A stretch of DNA of 32,000 nucleotides from Nanobdella aerobiophila (lineage in GTDB: Archaea; Nanobdellota; Nanobdellia; Nanobdellales; Nanobdellaceae): NCBI RefSeq assembly GCF_023169545.1, contig NZ_AP019769.1, forward strand, positions 120,001 through 152,000, written 5' to 3'. Position 1 is the stretch's first letter. Each line of letters begins with the position of its first letter. The position numbers were made by a program, and so were the translations under genes. The notes under the pieces are model-generated. The model searched no databases and was not told the DNA's origin. It worked only from the letters and a program-made list of their open reading frames with translations. Below are positions 1 to 9,308 of this stretch, in pieces.

Positions 1-26
1 ATATTACTAAAATATATATCTATATT

Positions 27-1640
27 ATGAGATCTATATCACCTATTATAGCTACTATATTAATTATTGTTATTACTGTAGCTATTGCAGGATTAACTTA
101 TGCATTCTTATCCGGATTATTTTCTGGATTAACTTCTTCTACTAGTAATCAGGTAAGTAGACAATCACAATATATATCTTTCTCTATTACTAATTCTTAT
201 TGTTCAAATAATATATTATATATATCTATATATAATAATGGTAATATACCAATAATAATAAATAATAATACTGTACTAACTATTAATAATGGAAATAATA
301 ATATTGTTAGTATAAATGGTAATAATATTATATGTAATAATAACAATACTATATTACAAGGTAGTACAGATACATGTTATATAAATAATTCTTTATGTAT
401 ATATAATCCTTCAAATAATAATAATCCACAAATTACCTTAGATTATCAAGGAGTGGGAAATAATAATAATCTAGGTAATGGATATCTTGTAGGATACTTT
501 ACTAACCCTTTACCTATAATAATATACAATACTCAAAATATAAGTACTCCAACACCTTTCCAACAAGATATTGCTATATGTAATGGTAATCCTAATGTAG
601 GTAATAATTTTGCTTATGTAGATAATGTTACTTTATATAATGAAATAAATTCTAATGGATCCAATATATTATTTTATTCTAATAACGGATTATTATATTC
701 ATGGTATGAAGGTCAAGAAAATATAAGTACTGCTTCTTGTGATGTCTGGTGGGCAAATTTACCAAATGGAATTCCTGCAAATAATAATATAACTATTTAT
801 ATGGAAATAAATAATAATACAAATTATTATTCTCAATATTACCCTTACACAGGTATTTCTGCATATTGGTATTGTTATTCGGAAGGATATACAAATATGA
901 GTACATGTCCAAACTATGGATTATATGATAATGGACAATATGTATTTAATTTTTATGACAATTTTGCAGGAACGAGCTTAAACGTAAATAAATGGATAGA
1001 TGGTAACAGTATTCCATCAGGTGCTTCGGGTTATATTTCAGTAGATAATGGAATAACACTTGAATATTCAGGTTCTACATCAGGCGCAGGTGGGATTTGG
1101 ATTTATACAAAATCAACCTATACGCAATCAAATCCTTTTATATGGGAAACTCTTGAGAATATGTATGGTTCTAATAGTAGCGATATAAGATTAAGGCAGT
1201 ATATTCGGTTAAGTAGTGCAAATACCTCCTCAGATATAGCAGATAAGGAGGCATATTCTTGGCTTCATTTAGCTGGTGGTATTGATTATGGATATTTCTC
1301 TAATTCAAATTATGTGAACCAGGCACCTGTAAATTTTCAAACTTCAACCACAAATTTAGGTTTTGAATCATTTGTGGTTCCTGCTGCTAGTTCTTTATAT
1401 GATTATACATTTATAGATGAACAGATTCTAAACAGCTCAGGATTTTATTGGTATCAGCTTTCTCCATCTGGAGTAGTATTAAATTCAAATTCATATACTG
1501 GTAGCAATAACAATACTTTTGTTCTGCTTATACAAGCTTCTCAAGACCCCTACACGGGAACAACACAAGTTAATATAGGCTGGACTCTTGTCCGTGCATA
1601 TCCACCAAATGGAGTTATGCCTGAAATTTTTATACAATAA
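27..1640 (+). CDS. Archaeal type IV pilin-like / surface protein with a DUF2341-like central region
   Basis: N-terminus MRSISPIIATILIIVITVAIAGLTYAFLSG is a pilin-like class III signal plus hydrophobic helix. It is followed by an Asn-rich tract and a segment ending 'DVWWANLPNGIPANNNITIYMEINNNTN...YDNFAGTSLNVNKW', typical of DUF2341/surface adhesin proteins. Confidence 0.65.
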   Translation: MRSISPIIATILIIVITVAIAGLTYAFLSGLFSGLTSSTSNQVSRQSQYISFSITNSYCSNNILYISIYNNGNIPIIINNNTVLTINNGNNNIVSINGNNIICNNNNTILQGSTDTCYINNSLCIYNPSNNNNPQITLDYQGVGNNNNLGNGYLVGYFTNPLPIIIYNTQNISTPTPFQQDIAICNGNPNVGNNFAYVDNVTLYNEINSNGSNILFYSNNGLLYSWYEGQENISTASCDVWWANLPNGIPANNNITIYMEINNNTNYYSQYYPYTGISAYWYCYSEGYTNMSTCPNYGLYDNGQYVFNFYDNFAGTSLNVNKWIDGNSIPSGASGYISVDNGITLEYSGSTSGAGGIWIYTKSTYTQSNPFIWETLENMYGSNSSDIRLRQYIRLSSANTSSDIADKEAYSWLHLAGGIDYGYFSNSNYVNQAPVNFQTSTTNLGFESFVVPAASSLYDYTFIDEQILNSSGFYWYQLSPSGVVLNSNSYTGSNNNTFVLLIQASQDPYTGTTQVNIGWTLVRAYPPNGVMPEIFIQ

Positions 1641-1681
1641 TTTTTGATAAAATATAAAAGATTATATGTTGAAAAAATTTT

Positions 1682-2443
1682 ATGTATAATTATTTATTAA
1701 GAATAAAGTATAATGGAGAGAATTATCATGGTATTGCATATCAAAAAGAGTTTAGAACAATATCTGGAGAAATAATAAAAAATCTTAAAATAAATGAATT
1801 TAAGTTATCTATATTATCAAGGACAGATAAGGGTGTAAGTGCAGAAGAGAATTATATATCAATATCTACTAATACTGAAATAAAATCTTTTAATATAAAT
1901 TTAGATAATATAAAAATATTAAATGCATATAAATTGACAGATTTCATAAATATTAGAAAATTTTCTTTGGGAAAATTATATCAATATAATTTACCAAAAG
2001 GATTGTTTAACAAGATATATAAACCAAAGTATTTAACTAACTTAGAAAAGATATCAATTGATTCTAATCAAAATGATTTTGATATAAATAAATATATGGA
2101 AGGATCAAAATATTTTATAGGTAATAAAGATTTTCATAATTTTGCAAAAGGAAAAATAGAAAATCCATATTGTATTATATATAAATTTAATATAGAAGAT
2201 TCGGATAATTATTATATAAATTATGTGGAAGGAAATAGATTTTTGTATGAAATGATAAGGAGAATAATTACATTTTTAATATCTGTGGGTTATAATTTAT
2301 TTCCTTTAGAATTAATTGATAAAGTATTTACGTATAATCTAGATCCAAAACCATTTCCTGCAGATCCAAAATTCTTAATATTAAAAAAAGTATATCTAAA
2401 CTGGAGAGAATTATATAAATATATAGAGGATATAATAATATAG
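1682..2443 (+). CDS. truA: tRNA pseudouridine synthase A family protein
   Basis: Catalytic-type motif 'SRTDKGVSA', 'GNKDFHNFAK' and 'NRFLYEMIRRI' match the TruA family. Confidence 0.85.
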   Translation: MYNYLLRIKYNGENYHGIAYQKEFRTISGEIIKNLKINEFKLSILSRTDKGVSAEENYISISTNTEIKSFNINLDNIKILNAYKLTDFINIRKFSLGKLYQYNLPKGLFNKIYKPKYLTNLEKISIDSNQNDFDINKYMEGSKYFIGNKDFHNFAKGKIENPYCIIYKFNIEDSDNYYINYVEGNRFLYEMIRRIITFLISVGYNLFPLELIDKVFTYNLDPKPFPADPKFLILKKVYLNWRELYKYIEDIII

Positions 2444-2473
2444 ATATTTTAATTTTTTCATAATATTATATCT

Positions 2474-2797
2474 ATGATATTAGTTATATCTTTTGTTCCA
2501 TCAGGAAAAGGTAAAGAAATTTCTAGAAAAATATTAGAAAAAAGATTGGCATTAAATATATCTATAAAGAGCGTAAGTACGATAAAAATTGAGGAAGAAA
2601 ATATTAAGGAAGAAGAACAAGATCTATTAATAATAAGTACAAGAAAAGAATTATTTGATATATTAAAAGATTTTATGAAAAGTATGAATATATGTAAAGT
2701 ACCAGAAATAATTGAAATAAAAGTAGATGATGTTAATAAAGAATATCTAGATATTCTAGAGCTTGAAACTTCTATTAAAAAAGTTAAAAATGCTTGA
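2474..2797 (+). CDS. ef1b: Translation elongation factor aEF-1 beta
   Basis: 107 aa; 'ISIKSVSTIKIEEENIKEEEQDLLIIS', ending 'VDDVNKEYLDILELETSIKKVKNA'; small acidic EF-1beta GEF-like protein. Confidence 0.6.
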   Translation: MILVISFVPSGKGKEISRKILEKRLALNISIKSVSTIKIEEENIKEEEQDLLIISTRKELFDILKDFMKSMNICKVPEIIEIKVDDVNKEYLDILELETSIKKVKNA

Positions 2798-3671
2798 AGA
2801 TCTAAAAAAAGCAGCAAGTATAGCGAAGAAGATTAGAAATGATGCAGAAAAATTATTAAAACCCGGAGAAAGTTTATATAATATAGCAGAAACTATAGAA
2901 ACAAAAATAATAGATTTGGGAGGTTTTCCTGGTTTTCCTGTCAATATATCAATAAATAATATAGCAGCACATTATACCCCAAAAGTTAATGATGATAAGA
3001 AGATAAAAGATGGAGATGTAGTAAAATTTGATTATGGTGTGCATGTGAATGGATATATAATCGATACGGCTTTTACTGTAGAGATAAATGATAATAAATA
3101 TAAAGATTTAATAGATGCTAGTAAAGAAGCTTTGGATAATGTACGAAAAATAATAAAAAAGGATCTAGAAGTATCTAAAATTGGAGAGATAATAGATAAT
3201 ACAATAAAATCTAAAGGATTTAAACCGATATATAATTTGTCAGGCCATAGAATTGAAAGATACATTTTACACGCAGGAGTCTCGATACCTAATTATAATA
3301 ATAATTCTAAAATAAGATTAAGTGAAGGAACATATGCTGTAGAGCCTTTTGCTACAAATGGGGCAGGATTTGCAGAGGATTACACATTATCTGGAATATA
3401 CTCTATAATATCTGATAAACCCATAAGAGATCCAAATATTAGAAGATTTTTTATGGAACTATATAAAGATTATAATACTATTCCTTTTGCTTATAGATGG
3501 TTATATAATAAATATAATGGGAAAATTAATCTAAATATAGCTATAGAATATTTAAAGAAGAATGGAAATCTTTATGAGTACCCAGTTCTAATAGAACAGG
3601 GAGATGGGATCGTAACTCAATTTGAAACAACATTTTATATAAATAATGAAATTTTTGATATGATGAGTTAA
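2790..3671 (+). CDS. map: Methionine aminopeptidase, type II-like
   Basis: 'GFPVNISINNIAAHYTP', 'GDVVKFDYGVHVNGYIIDTAFTV', 'NLSGHRIERYILHAGVSIP', 'VEPFATNG', 'QGDGIVTQFETTFYI'. The ORF track starts at 2763, but ATG 2790 (MLEDLKKAASIAKK) overlaps the upstream stop by only 8 nt and fits the family N-terminus better. Confidence 0.9.
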   Translation: MLEDLKKAASIAKKIRNDAEKLLKPGESLYNIAETIETKIIDLGGFPGFPVNISINNIAAHYTPKVNDDKKIKDGDVVKFDYGVHVNGYIIDTAFTVEINDNKYKDLIDASKEALDNVRKIIKKDLEVSKIGEIIDNTIKSKGFKPIYNLSGHRIERYILHAGVSIPNYNNNSKIRLSEGTYAVEPFATNGAGFAEDYTLSGIYSIISDKPIRDPNIRRFFMELYKDYNTIPFAYRWLYNKYNGKINLNIAIEYLKKNGNLYEYPVLIEQGDGIVTQFETTFYINNEIFDMMS

Positions 3672-3681
3672 AATTATAGGG

Positions 3682-3701
3682 ACATGAATTTAAGATCATG
3701 T
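3682..3701 (+). terminator. Possible stem-loop after map followed by T-rich tract
   Basis: Inverted repeat ACATGA(3682-3687)...TCATGT(3696-3701), followed by 'ttaaatttctttcattttttg'. Confidence 0.3.
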
Positions 3702-3735
3702 TAAATTTCTTTCATTTTTTGTTATAACCAAAAGA

Positions 3736-3746
3736 TTTTTATATAT
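3736..3746 (+). promoter_or_regulatory. Archaeal TATA box for histone gene
   Basis: 'tttttatatat' centred about 25 nt upstream of ATG 3766, consistent with a leaderless transcript. Confidence 0.5.
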
Positions 3747-3765
3747 CCTCGAAGATTATAATTAT

Positions 3766-3993
3766 ATGGCAAAGAGAACAACACCAATTCCAGTAGCACC
3801 ATTGTATAGAGTTCTAAGAAAGTCAGGAGCATCCAGAATAGGTCAAGATGCAAAGTTGGCCATGGTAGAAGCAGTACTACAGGTAGCTGAAGGTATAGCA
3901 GAAAGGGCAGTAGAACTATCAAAACACGCAGGAAGGAAGACAATACACGAAGATGATATAAGATTGGCAATAAGAGAATTAAGAGGAATGTAA
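3766..3993 (+). CDS. Archaeal histone
   Basis: 75 aa histone fold: 'TPIPVAPLYRVLRKSGASRIGQDAKLAMVEAVLQVAEGIAERAVELSKHAGRKTIHEDDIRLAIRELR'. Confidence 0.95.
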   Translation: MAKRTTPIPVAPLYRVLRKSGASRIGQDAKLAMVEAVLQVAEGIAERAVELSKHAGRKTIHEDDIRLAIRELRGM

Positions 3994-4080
3994 AAAAGGC
4001 ATTTTAATCAATTTATTTAATTTTTAATGATTTTATATCTTTTTCATTAAATTTTAAAAATTATTATATATATATTTATA

Positions 4081-4698
4081 ATGGTGTTTGTTGAGAGGAA
4101 ACCTATTGACTTTAAAAAAGAGAGACCAACATTGCTAGAAATGAAAGGAATATCCGCAAAGACTGTAGAAGAGCATTTGAAGATATATGAAGGTTATGTG
4201 AAGAAATTTAATGAGATTAGTCAGAAATTAGAGTCTTTGACAGAAGAGGATTATAGCTCTGCAAACGTAACATACTCTACATTGAGAGAATTAAAAGTGG
4301 AATGGACAAGAGCATTTGGTGGTATGATAAATCATGAGATATACTTTGGTCATCTAGGTGGAAATGGTGGAAAACCAGGATCAGAATTAGGTTCACAGAT
4401 AGATAAAGATTTTGGATCATTCGAAAAATTAGTAAAAGAAATAAAATCTACAGCGATGGCAGCGAGGGGATGGGCTTGGTTATTATGGTCTGAAGATTTG
4501 AATAGATTGGTAGTAAGTATATCTGATGAACAAAATACATTTGTAGTACAAAATTCAAAATTATTATTAGGATTAGATGTATTTGAACATGCATATTACT
4601 TAGATTACGGATCTAATAGAAAAGGATATGTAGATATATTTTTCGATAATGTAGACTGGCCGGTTGTTGAAAGGAAATTTAGCAAGCTAAGATTATAA
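4081..4698 (+). CDS. sod: Superoxide dismutase (Fe/Mn family)
   Basis: Metal ligands visible: 'EEHLKIYEGYVKKFN', 'GMINHEIYFGHLGGNGG', 'LGLDVFEHAYYLDY'; 'GWAWLLW'. Confidence 0.93.
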   Translation: MVFVERKPIDFKKERPTLLEMKGISAKTVEEHLKIYEGYVKKFNEISQKLESLTEEDYSSANVTYSTLRELKVEWTRAFGGMINHEIYFGHLGGNGGKPGSELGSQIDKDFGSFEKLVKEIKSTAMAARGWAWLLWSEDLNRLVVSISDEQNTFVVQNSKLLLGLDVFEHAYYLDYGSNRKGYVDIFFDNVDWPVVERKFSKLRL

Positions 4699-4704
4699 TT
4701 TTTT

Positions 4705-5079
4705 ATGAAAAATATTTTTTCTTCTAAGAACACTATTATAAATAAAGAAGATGAAGGTAAGTATATAATCTATATAAAAAGTTTTGATTGTACTGGAGAT
4801 GAAGAATCAGAAAGTAAAAAAGATCTTTATAGTGGTTTAGAAAGATTATTAAATGGCATAAGAGAAGAAAATTTTTCAATTAGAGTTAATAAATTCGAAA
4901 ATGAAAGATACTCTCCTTTATTAGATATATTTATAGAAAGAAAAGGGGGTAATTATTCTATAAATCTAATATCCTCCAAAATATTTAAAAAGCCATTAAG
5001 TTATATATCCTTCGAGCCGGAAATATTAAAAAATATATATGGGAATATATATAAGTCTATTTGTGAAAATCCTTATTAA
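4705..5079 (+). CDS. Hypothetical protein
   Basis: Open reading frame between sod and the next ORF on the same strand; no recognised motif. Confidence 0.6.
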   Translation: MKNIFSSKNTIINKEDEGKYIIYIKSFDCTGDEESESKKDLYSGLERLLNGIREENFSIRVNKFENERYSPLLDIFIERKGGNYSINLISSKIFKKPLSYISFEPEILKNIYGNIYKSICENPY

Positions 5080-5100
5080 ATTCTTCTATATATAATCTTT

Positions 5101-5751
5101 ATGAAAAAGAAAAAACATTCTTTAGATTATTCTTTATGTGAACCTTTTAAATCATTTTATGGTCGTGATCTTGATCAAATTTTAAAGGATTCTAAATACT
5201 ATGGTGAGGCAAATGTAATAGACTTAGATAGGGAAAATTTAATAATTTGTAATAATTATATGCAATGCTATAAATTAGATCATAATGGAGAAATGGAAGA
5301 ATATGGAGTTAGTGGGCGGTATGATATCAGAGTAAATATAGATTCTTTATTTAAATACGAGGATACTTTTATTGTAGTAGAGAAAAAATCATATTCTATA
5401 TTAAAGAACTATAATAAATTCTATTTATCTAATATACAATTATTAAGAGAGTTATTATCTATAGCTTTATTTACATCCATGAATGTTAAAGGTGTTTTAC
5501 ATCTAGAAGATGGAGCCAATGGGATCTTTTCTTTATCTTTTCTATATTTTGATCATAAAATATATAATATAAGTCTAAATCCTGATATTAATTCTTCATA
5601 TATAAAAATTAAAGATGAAGAAGCCATAACATTGTTTGGTAAAATCCTAAAGAATACTAGGAGAAATTTAGAAAATGGTGTATTAATAAAATATTTAGAC
5701 GAAAAGATAGTATTTAATAATTATTCATATTTAAAAAATAGTATTATATGA
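5101..5751 (+). CDS. Hypothetical protein, possible PD-(D/E)XK-fold nuclease-like
   Basis: 216 aa; 'SGRYDIRVNID...FIVVEKKSYSIL...SNIQLLRELLSIALFTSMNVKGVLHL' loosely resembles a D...ExK...Q pattern. The ORF is solid; the functional call is weak. Confidence 0.55.
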   Translation: MKKKKHSLDYSLCEPFKSFYGRDLDQILKDSKYYGEANVIDLDRENLIICNNYMQCYKLDHNGEMEEYGVSGRYDIRVNIDSLFKYEDTFIVVEKKSYSILKNYNKFYLSNIQLLRELLSIALFTSMNVKGVLHLEDGANGIFSLSFLYFDHKIYNISLNPDINSSYIKIKDEEAITLFGKILKNTRRNLENGVLIKYLDEKIVFNNYSYLKNSII

Positions 5752-5755
5752 TATA

Positions 5756-6388
5756 CTATTTTTTCTTATAATATTCGTATACCTTTCCAACTAGATTTTC
5801 TCCAGGTTTTAGTACTATATTATTATCTTTTCCCCATTTTGCTGGGCATACCTCTCCTGGATGCGATCTTACATATTTAAATGCTCTTATTTTCCTTAAT
5901 AATTCATCAGCATCTCTACCTACATCATTTGAATTTACTTCTATACCTACAATTTTTCCATCAGGATCTATAATTATTGTAGCTCTATATGATACTCCAG
6001 ATGAGTATTCATAAACATTTAACATCTTAGCAATATTACCATTATGATCTTCACCCATTGGATATTTTATGTTCTCTAATAATTTTTCTGTTGCATGCCA
6101 CGCTAAGTGTGTATATACTGTATCTGTGGACATTGATATAACCTCTGCATTTTCTTTCTTTATTTCTTCATATTTATTGGCTAAATCTTCTAGTTCTGTC
6201 GGGCAAACGAATGTAAAGTCTGCCGGATAGTAAAATAAAACTAAAAATTTTCCTTTGTTAAGTATTTCTTTGTATATATCTATGTTTTTAAACTTTTTAT
6301 CTACTGGATCATATACATTTATTTTTAGCTCTGGTATTTTATCTCCTATCCCTATTATTTTTATTTGTTGTTCAAAATTCGCTTCCAT
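5756..6388 (-). CDS. Peroxiredoxin (AhpC/2-Cys Prx-like)
   Basis: 'FYYPADFTFVCPTELEDLA', 'NVYEYSSGVSYRATIIIDPDGKI', resolving-Cys-like 'PGEVCPAKWG'. Confidence 0.93.
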   Translation of the reverse strand: MEANFEQQIKIIGIGDKIPELKINVYDPVDKKFKNIDIYKEILNKGKFLVLFYYPADFTFVCPTELEDLANKYEEIKKENAEVISMSTDTVYTHLAWHATEKLLENIKYPMGEDHNGNIAKMLNVYEYSSGVSYRATIIIDPDGKIVGIEVNSNDVGRDADELLRKIRAFKYVRSHPGEVCPAKWGKDNNIVLKPGENLVGKVYEYYKKK

Positions 6389-6456
6389 TTTAAATATATA
6401 TAATTAAATTTAATAAATATAATTTTGGTACGGAGTTCGTTCTATTTATTATAAAA

Positions 6457-6888
6457 TTAGTATACTTTTTCTATATTTATAGCAGGCCAAATCTCTTTTA
6501 TATCTTCAATCTTTTTTATCTCTTTTATATAATTTTCTAGTTCTTTTTTATCTCTGTAAATATATTCTATAATTATATCATGATCTCCGTAAGTTAGATA
6601 TATACCTTTTATATTATCATCCTTTGGTATCTCATCTATAATATTTATTATCTTATTTTTTTCTACATTTAATCCAATCCAAGAAACATTATATCCTAGT
6701 ATACTGTAGTCTAGAATTACACAAAAACCTTTTATTATATTATTTTTTTTTAATTTATTTATTCTCTTCCTTATAGCACCTTCAGATAATCCTATTCTTC
6801 TGGAAATTTCCATATTTGAAATTCTTGAATTTTTTTCTAATAATTTTAATATTTTTATATCTATATCATCAATTTTTTGTTTTTTCAT
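6457..6888 (-). CDS. Lrp/AsnC family transcriptional regulator
   Basis: 'IDDIDIKILKLLEKNSRISNMEISRRIGLSEGAIRKRINKLKKNNIIKGF', followed by an AsnC-like effector domain. Confidence 0.92.
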   Translation of the reverse strand: MKKQKIDDIDIKILKLLEKNSRISNMEISRRIGLSEGAIRKRINKLKKNNIIKGFCVILDYSILGYNVSWIGLNVEKNKIINIIDEIPKDDNIKGIYLTYGDHDIIIEYIYRDKKELENYIKEIKKIEDIKEIWPAINIEKVY

Positions 6889-6931
6889 AATAAGAAATAT
6901 ATTAGAAATTTTTTAAAAATTTACAATTTTC

Positions 6932-6956
6932 GAACTATAAATTTAAAAAATAGTTC
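6932..6956. promoter_or_regulatory. Inverted repeat flanking the TATA-like element in the lrp / peroxiredoxin divergent region
   Basis: GAACTA (6932-6937) ... TAGTTC (6951-6956) around 'taaatttaaaaaa', upstream of ATG 6971. Confidence 0.35.
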
Positions 6957-6970
6957 TATATTATATAGTT

Positions 6971-7414
6971 ATGGATAAGGTAAAAGATTTTGAGGCTGAC
7001 ACAACAAAAGGTAAAATGAAATTATCAGATATATTAAAGCAAAGAGATTTTGTGGTAGTATATTTCTATCCAAAGGCCTTTACTTCTGGCTGTACACAAG
7101 AATTAAAAAGATTTGTAGAGTTATATGAAGAATTTAAGAAATTAAATACAGAAATATTGGGAGTAAGTAATGACAGTCTTGATACTCAGAAAAAATTTGC
7201 AGAAAAATATGGGGCGGAATTTCCATTAGTAGCAGATAAAGAATTAAAAATAATAAATACGCTAGGTGCAAAGAGTGAGAGGGGCCAGGGTGCTTCAAGG
7301 ATAACATATATAGTAAATAAAAATATGGAAATAATAGAGACATTAAAATCTTTACCAAATGCAAAGGAACATGCAGATAAGTCTCTAGAAATTATAAAAA
7401 GCCACAAAAAGTAG
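6971..7414 (+). CDS. bcp: Peroxiredoxin (Bcp/PrxQ-like)
   Basis: 'FVVVYFYPKAFTSGCTQELKRF', 'FPLVADKELKIINTLGAKSERGQGASRITYIVNK'. Confidence 0.9.
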   Translation: MDKVKDFEADTTKGKMKLSDILKQRDFVVVYFYPKAFTSGCTQELKRFVELYEEFKKLNTEILGVSNDSLDTQKKFAEKYGAEFPLVADKELKIINTLGAKSERGQGASRITYIVNKNMEIIETLKSLPNAKEHADKSLEIIKSHKK

Positions 7415-7423
7415 TTTTTTATT

Positions 7424-7894
7424 ATGATTAGTATTTTAGGATATGATCTTTATGCAGGATATATTATAAGAGACAAGAAAATATTAGGATATTCATTAAA
7501 TTATAATCAAGATTCTTTAATTAAGACATTAAAGAATATAGCAAGATACCATAATTTAGATGGAGATATAATATTCGATGAAAATTTGGATAGATTTTTT
7601 CAAAATAAAATAAATGAGTATTTTAATGGTAAAAAGATTTTATTTGATCTAGAAATTTATAAAAATAATATTGTTTATACTAGATTATTGGACTTAAATA
7701 GAATGATTACATATAAAGATCTATCTACGCAATTAAATATAGATATTCATTCTCTAATTTATTCACTAAAAAATAATCCATTTATAATATTAATTCCATG
7801 TCATTTGGTTATTGGTAAAAAAGATATAGGAGATTACACGCCTCTAGGTAAGAAATTCAAGTTGGAACTATTAAAAAAGTTGAATTTAATTTGA
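7424..7894 (+). CDS. ogt: Methylated-DNA--protein-cysteine methyltransferase family
   Basis: C-terminal 'ITYKDLS...SLKNNPFIILIPCHLVIGKKDIGDYTPLGKKFKLELLKKL' has the PCHxV active-site motif. Confidence 0.8.
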   Translation: MISILGYDLYAGYIIRDKKILGYSLNYNQDSLIKTLKNIARYHNLDGDIIFDENLDRFFQNKINEYFNGKKILFDLEIYKNNIVYTRLLDLNRMITYKDLSTQLNIDIHSLIYSLKNNPFIILIPCHLVIGKKDIGDYTPLGKKFKLELLKKLNLI

Positions 7895-8602
7895 ACTTTT
7901 ATATTGATTATATAAATAATATGAAAATATATTTATTATAGGGATTATAAAGTATACTGAAATAATTATAGATATAAATCTAATGATTAATTCTGGAAAT
8001 AATAAAGATATTACAGATATAGAATATAGTATAAACTTTATTAAAAATATTTTAGTTGCATTATTGTAGTTTATTGTTTTTATTGAAGTATATATAGATT
8101 CTTTAATGTACTTATTTTCAAATATATATAATTGAGATGATATAAAGAATTTATTAGTATAAATATATGATAATATAGATAGAATTATGAATGATACCAT
8201 AAATACATCTATAATCAATTGTACTTTATATGTAAAAAAGAAAATTAGGCTAATAGACAATGATATAAGTGCAGAGAGGAGTATAAGACTAAACATAACT
8301 CCAGATATAATAAAATATATAATTATTACACCTTTATAATATTCTAGAGATTTTCTAATTGATTTTATTAGATTTTTATATTCCATAAATATATATAATG
8401 ATATTTTTGATAGAGGATAAAAAAGTAGATTAATAATTAACAAAAATATCAAATAGAAATAACTAGAATTATAGAATATAGATAGAATTATATTTGGTAT
8501 TATTAAGAATAAATATATTATATAAATATATAATACATTATTTTTGTAAAAAATTATACTATCCTTAAATGCCTTTGATATATTAAATTTCGATTGAATC
8601 AC
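7886..8602 (-). CDS. Multi-pass membrane protein, hypothetical
   Basis: Several hydrophobic helices; no catalytic motif. Start overlaps the end of the UPF0173 gene. Confidence 0.65.
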   Translation of the reverse strand: MIQSKFNISKAFKDSIIFYKNNVLYIYIIYLFLIIPNIILSIFYNSSYFYLIFLLIINLLFYPLSKISLYIFMEYKNLIKSIRKSLEYYKGVIIIYFIISGVMFSLILLSALISLSISLIFFFTYKVQLIIDVFMVSFIILSILSYIYTNKFFISSQLYIFENKYIKESIYTSIKTINYNNATKIFLIKFILYSISVISLLFPELIIRFISIIISVYFIIPIINIFSYYLYNQYKSSN

Positions 8603-9269
8603 CAGGTTTTAAAATGATTAGTTCAGAATTTATTTTATCTTTTAGTCTTTCTGGATCTGCTTTTATAGGATCAAATGTATTATAGTGCATTGGTATTATC
8701 TTCTTTGGCTTTAGATACTCAGAAGCTATTATAGCCTGTTCTATGTCCATTGTATAAAAGCCACCAACTGGCAATAATGCAAGATCTATATTTTTTAATA
8801 TCTTATTTATTATTTTCATATCCTCAAAGACCATTGTATCGCCGGCATGATATATCACTCTATCATCTATTATAATACCAAAAGATCCTGGATTGCCTAG
8901 ATATAGAATATTATCCTGGTCATCAATTATACTAGAAGAGTGTACTGCAGGGAAATAATATATATCTATACCTGAATATTTATATCTTCCACCAAAGTTC
9001 ATACCTATTGTCTTTACACCAAATTTTTCTATATATTTTGATATTTCATAATTAGATATAATAGTGGAGTCATTTTTCTCTGATAATTCTACTGCATCTC
9101 CTAAATGATCTGCATGACCATGTGTTATTAATATAATATCTATATCCTCTAAATCCTCTTTATTATATCTTGCCCTTGGATTTTTATATATATAAGGATC
9201 TATTAATATATTGGCATTACTACCTTTTAATAAAAAAGCTGCATGTCCTATCCATTTTATATAAACCAT
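8583..9269 (-). CDS. UPF0173-type metal-dependent hydrolase (metallo-beta-lactamase fold)
   Basis: 'MVYIKWIGHAAFLLKGSNANILIDPYI', 'IILITHGHADHLGDAVEL', 'VIYHAGDTMVF', 'KKIIPMHYNTFDPIKADPE'. Confidence 0.9.
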   Translation of the reverse strand: MVYIKWIGHAAFLLKGSNANILIDPYIYKNPRARYNKEDLEDIDIILITHGHADHLGDAVELSEKNDSTIISNYEISKYIEKFGVKTIGMNFGGRYKYSGIDIYYFPAVHSSSIIDDQDNILYLGNPGSFGIIIDDRVIYHAGDTMVFEDMKIINKILKNIDLALLPVGGFYTMDIEQAIIASEYLKPKKIIPMHYNTFDPIKADPERLKDKINSELIILKPGDSIEI

Positions 9270-9308
9270 GATATAATTTTATATTTAAAATTTTAATATA
9301 TTTTAAAG

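Noticed and set aside
2458-2817. Minus-strand ORF of 119 aa (and 2756-2944, 3032-3265)
   Set aside because: Antisense to ef1b/map, hydrophobic low-complexity translation; the sense products have clear family motifs.
3722-3970. Minus-strand 82-aa ORF
   Set aside because: Antisense to the histone gene.
7134-7407. Two minus-strand ORFs (7134-7364, 7186-7407)
   Set aside because: Both antisense to the Bcp-like peroxiredoxin; no motifs.
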